Origin: Methanobacteriota archaeon
Lineage (GTDB): Archaea > Thermoplasmatota > Thermoplasmata > RBG-16-68-12
Length of the DNA stretch: 50,975 nt
Reading direction: 5' to 3'
NCBI GenBank assembly: GCA_005878485.1
Contig: VBMG01000040.1
Location: 1 to 50,975, forward strand
How positions within the stretch are numbered: position 1 is the first letter of the stretch; every line of letters starts with the position of its first letter. Positions 17,048-26,000 of the stretch are shown piece by piece. Below the pieces are notes generated by a model, which saw only the letters and a list, made by a program, of their open reading frames with translations, searched no databases and was not told the DNA's origin. The position numbers and the translations under genes were made by a program.

Positions 17048-20000
17048 ATGAGGCCCGCGACGGCGCTGCTGCTCGTCTTCGTGCTCATCGCGACCGCTGG
17101 CCTCGCGGTGGCGGAACAGAAACTGCTGGATCCCTTCGCTGCGTTCCGCGGTCCCGATGGCTCCCTTCACATTCCCGGTTCCGCCCTAACGAACAATCTG
17201 CTCCGGGCGTTGTTCGGACCCAGGCCGGATCCGAACGCTCCGATCCGGCTCGCGGAGCGGGTGCCGTCGCCCTATCCGACCCTTGCAATCCGAATCGTCG
17301 AGATGGAATTTCCACAGCAGCCATCGTTTCGGTTTGTCCTTCGAATTCAGGATATCATTGGTTCGGTCAACCATGGCCTCAGCGCCGCCGCAAATGCGAT
17401 CACCGCGATAGGCCGCGCTGCGATCGCTGCTTTCTTCAATTTCCTGACGTCGGATGCGGCTGCCGCCGTGAACGTGGACACGACAACGGTTGCGGACGTG
17501 TTCCCTGCCGCCACCACCTGCACGACATCGCAGTCCGCGACGGCTGCGGATAACGGCGTTCTCGTGATGCTATCGGAACGTGGGACGACCACGTTCGCCT
17601 CCGTCACGTATGGATCGACAAGCCTCACCTTGGTCGCAGGCACAGCGGCGAACGGTGGGACTGTTGTACGAACGGAAATCTGGGGGTTCACGGGGACCCT
17701 TCCCGGAGGGCTTCAGACGATGACGGCGACCCTCTCGGGAGGCCAGACGGCGAAGATGAGCTGTGCGACGATCCTGCTACAGGGCGTGAGCCCGACTGGC
17801 TCGTTCATCCGGGGGACGAACAATGCCGCGAATTCGACGAACGCAAGCGTCACGCTTCTGGGGACGGTAGCGGTCGGAAATCTCGCCTTCGCCGTCGCCG
17901 TGCTCCAGCAGACCAACGGCGGGGCTCAGCCGACGGCGGTCACCGGTACAGGAGCTACGGCTACGGACCTGTACGGGGTCGCGGTCGGCCACTGCACGAC
18001 AGGGGCCTCCGCTGCATCGAACGAATGTGCCGCCGGGTCGGATATCCCGAACCCGGGCACCGCAATCACTTGGACGAACGCGGCCACGCAGTGGGTGGTC
18101 TCCGCCGTCGAGGTCGTGGCAGCTCCGCCGTGCGGAAACGGGAGCGGATTGTGCTACCGGATTGGGAACGGCGGCGCCTGGAATAGCGCCTCCAACTGGT
18201 CGAACTCCTCCGGAGGAGCCCCGTGCAGCTGCACTCCCGCGGCGACCGATGTCGCCGTCTTCAACGCGAATCCGACTGGAACGGTTACGCTGGCCGCAGC
18301 GACGACAATCGGCGGCATCGACATGACCGGATTCACGGGGACGCTCGACACGACCGCAGCGAACAGTTGGGCACTAACCGTGAACGGCAACTTCCTAGTC
18401 CAAGGGACATTCCTGGCTGAGAATTCGGCAGTGTCCGTCAGCGGCAACGTCGGCATCGTCTCCGCGGGAACGATCGTCAATCTCGGCGGATCGACGTGGA
18501 CCGTGAATGGGACCTGGACGAACGCTTCGACCTCATCGTCCTGGGTTGCGGGGACGAGCACGGTGACGATTGCCGATGCCGGAAATGCGACCCTAACCTT
18601 CGCCGCACTCACCGGGGGGACGAACGAGTTCAATAACATGACTCTCGACTCGATCGCAATTGGCGGTGCCGTGTATACGATGGCCATCAATGCGGTCCGC
18701 ATCGGAGCGGTCTTGACCGTCCGAAATTCAACGGCCGGCGCCACCGGCCCAACGATTTTGGACACATCGGGCTCCAACCTCGCGGTTACCGCTGGCAGTC
18801 TCGCCCTTTCCCTGCTCGGGAGTGTATCGGCAAACGGGTCTACGGTAACGATCAATGGGAACGTGACTGTCGGGGCGGCGGGCGCCTACTCGACCATGGG
18901 GACCTCCGTGTGGACCGTCACGGGCACGTGGACGAACGCCTCGACGTCCGCATCCTGGAGTGCCGGGACGAGCACGGTCACGTTCACCAGCGCGACGGGC
19001 GGGACAATGACGTTCGCGGGTTCGAACCTCGCCGGGAGCGAGTTCTACAACGTCGCATTTGCGTCTTCGGCGGCCTCCGCACAGACGTTCACGATGTCGA
19101 CGCGGGGATTGAATTGGGGCGGAACCCTCACCGTCTCGGATGCCTCGTCCTCGACCCAACTGGCCACGGCGAACCTGTCCCTAACCGGCGGAGGCCTGGT
19201 CATCGGCAACGGGGGCATCTTGACGGCCAACGCTTCGTCGGCATCCGTCTCGAGTGTGTCGATGACGGGAGGCACGAGCGGCACAATCACCTTGACCACG
19301 GGTACCGTCACTGACTCCGGAAACTGGGACACGAGCGGGGCCGGTTCGGTCTTCACGAAGGGGACCAGCACGGTCACGATGACGGGCGTGAGCAACATCG
19401 CGGTGCGAAATGCGAGCAACAACTTCAACAACCTGACCATCTCCACCGCCGGTGCCGTCACCCAGACGGGCCTCGTGGATGTGTCCGGGACGCTCGGTGT
19501 GAATGCGGGCGCGACCCTGGCGACCGGCACACAAACGCTCACCGTCGGCGTTCTCGCGGCAAACATGGCCGGGGGGATCACGGCGGGCCCCTCGGGCACG
19601 AAGACGATTGGGGGAAACGTGAGTATCGCCGCGGCGGGCTTCTTCAATTTCGGCGGGGCAACCTGGAATTTCAGCGGCGCCTGGACGAACGCCTCGACGA
19701 GCGCGTCGTGGGCACCGGGTACCGGGAACGTGGTGTTCCGCGATGCGGCAAGTCAGACGATGACGTTCAAAGCGTCCGGGACAGAGTTCCCGAATCTGAC
19801 GCTCGACACGACCGCCGTCGCAGGGATCACGTACACGATGGCAACGAATCCGCTCAATTCCGGAGGCACGCTCACGATCCAGAACAGCGTGGTCGGTCCC
19901 ACCGGGAACACGATCCTCACGACCGGCGCGAGCGGCCTCGGGATCACGGCGGCGGGCATCACGATTGGCATCAACGGAACGCTGACCGCGAGTTCCTCGA

Positions 20001-23000
20001 CGATTACAGACAACGGCAACTGGACCTCGACCGCGACGAATGCGACGCTGAACAAAGGCACGTCCACGGTCATCTTCGGAGCCATGGGGACGATCACGCT
20101 TGCCGCCGGACAGAGTTTCAACAACATGACCCAGGGCGCTGGGACGAGCACGTTGGGCGCCGCGCTCACCGTCACCGGCTTGCTCACGGTCAACGGCACG
20201 CTCAGCACGAGCGCGAGCAACTTCGCGCTCACGGCCCAAGGCGGGCTTACTGTGGGCGGCTCCGTGGTCGCGGGGACGTCCACTGTCGCGGTCACCGGGA
20301 GCGTGAACATCAGCGTAGCTGCAGGCTTCATTACCTCGTCCGCAGTCGGTTCCTGGACGGTGACGAACGGCAACTGGACGAACGCCTCGACCTCCGCCTC
20401 GTGGAACTTCGCCGCGCCCATCACGTTCACCTCGAGCGTCGCGCGAACGATGACCTTCGCCGGCGCGAACCTGAGCGGCAATGAGTTTGCCGGCACGGTC
20501 ACGTTCGACTCGAGCGTCGCGGCCGGAGTCACGTACACGATGGCAAGCCGAGGACTCGTCCTAGGCGGTTCGGTGCTGATCCGGAACACAGCGGGTGGAG
20601 CGACGGGCTACACCGTCCTGGATTCCTCGCCCTCCAACCTCTCGCTCACCGTTGGATCGCTCAGCCTCGCAAGCTTTGGAGCCATTAACACGCGACTCTC
20701 GACGGTTGCGGTGGGTGGGAGCGTCACCATGGGCGCCCCGAACACCTACGTGACGAACGCAGGCGGATCGTGGACGGTCAGCGGTCCCTGGACGAACGCG
20801 TCGACGTCCGCTTCTTGGAGCTTCGCGGCGCCGATCATGTTCAATTCGTCCGCCTCGCAGACGATGACGTTCGCGAGTCTGACCCAGGAGTTCACGGGCA
20901 ACGTCACGTTTAATTCCGGCGCGGCCACGGTGACCTACACGATGGCCTCGAACGCGCTCACCACCGGCGGGACGCTCACCGTCTCCGGCGGCGCCGGGAC
21001 CACGACCCTGAGCACGAGCAGCTCCAATCTTCCGATTTCTGCTGTCGCACTGAACGTGGGCGCCGGCGGCAGTCTGGCCGCCAACGGGTCGCTCATCACC
21101 GTCACATCGGTGGACACGCATCTCGGCACGTTTGCGGTTGGGACATCCACCGTCGTCATCGGTGCCTCGGGCGGCACGGTCAACGTTCCTCAGACCTTGT
21201 ACAACCTAACGGTCAATTCGGGCATCAACACGACGTTCGTCTCGAACCTGGCTTGGTCTGCGATCCTCACACTGACGGGCGCCGTACCAACCCTCAACGG
21301 CAACCTCTCCTCCGTCGGACCGGCGACCCTTACCATGACGTCGTCGACGACATCGATCGCGGGGTCGTGGAACACGTCCTCGACCGTGGCTCTCGCATCG
21401 ACCGGCTCTTCGGTCACGTTCACGGGCGCGGCCCAGACGATCACGCTTGGGGTGAGCCAGCAATTCAATTCCTTGACGATTGCCGGGAGCATCTCCGTCG
21501 CGTCGAACCTCACCGCCACGAGCCTCACCGTGAACGTCGGGAGCACGTTGACGAAGACGGGTCACACCATCGTCTTCAACAGCCTCACGGTCAACGGGAC
21601 GATCGCCGACGGATCCGTCAACGTCTCGAACCTGACCGTGACGAACAGCGATGGGACGGCCCTCGTGACGATCTCCGTCTTCAGCGGATGGACAACGGGG
21701 TCTTCCTACGCGTGGACGCATACGTCGAACGAGGCGTCGCAGACGATCACATGGACGATCGGAGGGAACGTCGTCGGAAATCAGTTCAACGTGACGAAGA
21801 ACGGGTCGCCCTTCGCGAGCGGCACGGTCAGTGGCTCCGGCCAAGTCGTCTTCACGATGTTAGGTTCGGATCCGACTATGCAGGTGAGTCTCGGCGCGCC
21901 GTGTGCGGCCAACCGGTATTGGGTCCAAGGGAACGGCAACTGGAATGACACGAACCATTGGTCCGGCTTTTCCGGCGGAGGCTTCGGTTGTTCGGTTCCC
22001 GGGTCCTCGAACGCTGTCTTCTTCGACGGCAGTTCCGGGTCGGCCACGGTCACGATCAACGCCAATGCCTCCATGGCATCCCTGAACACAACGGGATTCA
22101 GCGGCACAATTGCGATTGGAGTCTACGACGTCTCGATTGGCGGCAATGTCATTCAGGCGGGCGGGACAATCACGATTGGCGCGTCGAACGGAAATGGGCT
22201 CGCGGTCAACGGCTCGCTGACCCTTTCCGGGACCGCGAGCATCCAGATGAGTGGCGCGTCGAACGGATCCGTATCAGGAAACGTCACCATCTCGTCCCCG
22301 ACCGCGTTCATCGCGTTTGGGAGCGGCACGTGGACCGTGATCGGTTCTTGGAGCAACTCCTCCTCGAGCAACTCATGGGCCGCGGGGACCGGGACCGTGG
22401 TGTTTGCTGCCGGTTCGCCGCAGGTCATGACCTTTGGGAATCTGACAATCTCCGAATTCTACGACATCCAGATCCGTCCTCCGGCCGCAACGACGTTCAC
22501 GATGGCGACGAACGGCCTGCAGTGGAGCGGGACACTCACCCTCAGCAGCAACGCGACCCTCGTGACGGCAAACCTTGCCCTCACGGGAGGGAATCTCATC
22601 GTCGGCAACGGAGCCGCGCTGACCGCGGGGACATCCGCCGTGGGTGTCGCCAACGTCGCGATGACCGGAGGGACCTCCGGAACCATCACGGCTTCGGGCT
22701 CGTGGACCGTGTCCGGAAACTGGGACACGTCCGGCGCAGGCTCTGCATTCGTCGGTACCTCAGCAACGGTGCTCCTGACCGGAAACGGCGTCACGGTTCG
22801 CATCCTAGACGCCGCGAATGGCTTCGGCACCCTCACAATCACGGGCTCGGTCTCGGCGGCATCTGCAATCGTCGTAGCGGCCCTCCTGACGGTGAACGGC
22901 ACCTTCGATACGACCGCGGCCAACTACGCCCTCACGATGGGCGGCGGGCTGACGCTCGGCGGAGCCAACGCGACCCTCCGGACGCAGGCCTCGAATGTCT

Positions 23001-26000
23001 CCATCACGGGCAACGTGACTGTCGCGAACGCCTCCGGGGTCATCGGGTCGGCGAGCGGCGGCTCGTGGATCGTTTCGGGCTCGTGGACGAACGCGTCCTC
23101 GTCCGCATCTTGGAGCTTCTCGGCCCCGATTACATTCAACTCGTCGTCGGCTCGGAGCATGATGTTCGCGGCCCTTCCGTCCGGCAACGCCGAGTTCGTC
23201 GACGTGACATTCGACGGCGGCGCATCGACGGTCACGTACACGATGGCGGCAAACACCCTTGTCTGGTCCGGCACTCTGCGCGTCCAAGGCGGGAGCGGGA
23301 CCACGACTCTCGTTACCGCCAATCTTGGGCTCGCCGGTGGCTCTCTAACAATTGGCAACGCCGGCATCCTGATGGCCTCCGGCTCACCCGTGATCGTATC
23401 CAACGTCACGGTGACGGGCGGCAGCTCTGGAGTGATCATCGTGACGAGTGGGAGCTGGACCGTACTCGGTAACTGGGACAGCTCCGGCGTGGGCTCCATA
23501 TTGACCGCGGGAACCTCGACGATGACCTTTGCCGGGACATCCAAGACGATTTCCCTTGCGCCTGTCCAAGCGTTCAACCGCGTCACGATTGCCGGGACGA
23601 CCTCGATGTCGTCCACATTGACGGCTGCGACACTGACGGTGAATAGCGGCGCGATCCTGACGAAGACCGGCCACGGCATCGTCTTCAACGCGTTGACCGT
23701 GAACGGGACGATCGCGGACGGATCCGTGAACGTCTCGAACCTCACGGTGACGAACAGCGACGGGACGGCCCTCGTCACCATCTCCCTCTTCAGCGGATGG
23801 TCAACCGGATCCTCGTATGCGTGGACGCACACCTCGAGCGAGACGACGCAGACGATCACGTGGACGATCGGAGGGAACACGGCCGGGAATCTGTTCAACG
23901 CAACGAAGGACGGGTCGTCCTTCGCGAGTGGCGCGGTCAATGGGTCCGGACAAGTCGTCTTCACGATGCTCGGGTCGGATCCGGACATGAAGGTGACCGT
24001 GACTCCGCCGCCCATCCCGGCGTGGTGGCAGTCTCCCTACGTGCTCGCCGTTCCGCCGATCGGCGTGTTTCTGGTGGTAGCCATGTTTGCGCAGCGCGCG
24101 CGCTGGAGGCCCGCGAAGGCCTTCCTTGTGGACGAACGCGGTCGAATGCTCAGGGAATTCACCCTGGACCCGTCCTGTCAGGTCACGTACGACCAGGCAG
24201 TGGGGGCGGGCGTGCTCGACGCGGTCGAGAAGCCCATCAAGGTCGCGAAGTACCACGGCCAGACGGTCCGCGGGGACGCCCTCGCTGTCGTCCTTCTCGC
24301 CTACGGGCCAGTCACCGCGGAACAGGTCGGATTCGCACGGGAGATGCTCGTCCAGGTCCAAGATAAATTCGAGGACGCCGTCAAGCAGCGGCTCGAGGAG
24401 GTCCGGAGCCAGGAGGCCACCCTCCAGGCCGAGGCAAAGAGCGTCGAGGAACGGCAACACGCCCTCGAAATCCGAGCGAGCGAAATCGAATCGACGATGA
24501 AGCAGATTGAAGCCGCGCAATTGAACGTCGCCAGCGACAAGGCGGGCCTGGAAGCAACGGAGGGAGACCTGAAGCGCCGGGAGGCGGAGTTAGCGGAGAG
24601 CCGCCGGTCGACCGACGAACTCGCGCGGCAACTCGAGGAGAAGCAGAAATCGCTCGAGACGCGCGCAGTGGAAATTGCGGCCCAGAGCGATGCGGTCGAC
24701 GCGAGGACGGAGGCTATCCGGGCGCGCGAAGAGACCGCCACCGCGCTCGATGCGGAACTGCGGCGGAGAAACGAGGCAGTCACGAGCCAGGAGACCAGTC
24801 TGAAAAACGAGGCGGACCGGGTGGCGGCCCAGGACTCGTCCGTCCGAGCACGGCTCGAGGAGGCGGAGCGACGCGAGGCGGGAGTTCGAGATGGTGAAAC
24901 GGCCTTCGCGGCGAACCGCGAGAAGTTCGAGGCCGACCAGAAGGAGCTGATGGAATTCAAACGATCAATCGAAAATCGGGTCGCCGAGGTCGATGCGGCA
25001 GAACAGTCGCTCGCGAACAGGGAGAAAACGCTGGACGCTCGCGAGGCGCGGATCACCCCCGTCGAGGCCGACCTCACGCGCCGTGAAGGCGCGACCACGC
25101 AACTCGAGGAGGACCTGGCCGGCCGAAAGGTCCTCATGCAAGCCGCGAGGAAGGAAATCGCCGAACGCAGCACCGATCTGGAAACCAGGGAAGCGGCTCT
25201 CGCTCGCGGAACCGAACAGGTTGAGACGGCTCGACGGTCCCTCGAGACCGAACGCCGCACGATCGAAGAGGTTCAGCAACAGGCCCGACAGGCGTTCGAG
25301 GCGGCACAGAGCCTCGAGGCCGCCACGTTGGCGAGGTCGAAAGACCTCGACCTTCGGGAGACCCGAATCGCGCCCGCCGAGCGACAACTCGACGAGCGGA
25401 CGAAGGAACTCGACGCGAGGCAAGCGGATTTGGCGTCTCGGGACGAACAGCTGGCGGCGAGAGCCCAATCCTTGGACACAGCGACGCAGGAACTCGGAGC
25501 CCGGGATCAGAGTCTGCAAGAAGATCAGGTGGTCCTCGGAGAGGCCCGGGCCGCCTTTGAGGCCGATCGACGAGAACTTCAAGACGAGGTCGCCCGGCAC
25601 GAGTCGGAAGTCCGTCGACGCAAGGCCGACCTAGACGCCCAGGCCAAGACCTTGGGTGAGGATCAACTCCGCATGGCCCAAGACCGGGAGGCCTTCGATG
25701 CATCGCAGGCGGAGAAGAATCAGGCAATCCTTTCCCGAGAAATCGAGCTCGAGGCGCGGGAACAATCCCTCCGGGAGAAGGAAGGGGCCGTGCGGGGGCA
25801 AGCCGAAGAGAACGCGCGACGGCTCACGGAGCTGGCTGCTCGAGAGGAATCTTTGGAAATCGAGGGTGCGAAGCTCGACAAGGCCCGCGCGGAACTTGAC
25901 GCGCGGAAAGTCGGCCTCGCCGACGTCGCGAAGGAACTCGATGGAAAGGCGGCCCGACTCCGGGAGGAGGAAGCGAAGCGGGCTGAAGAACTCCGCACCT

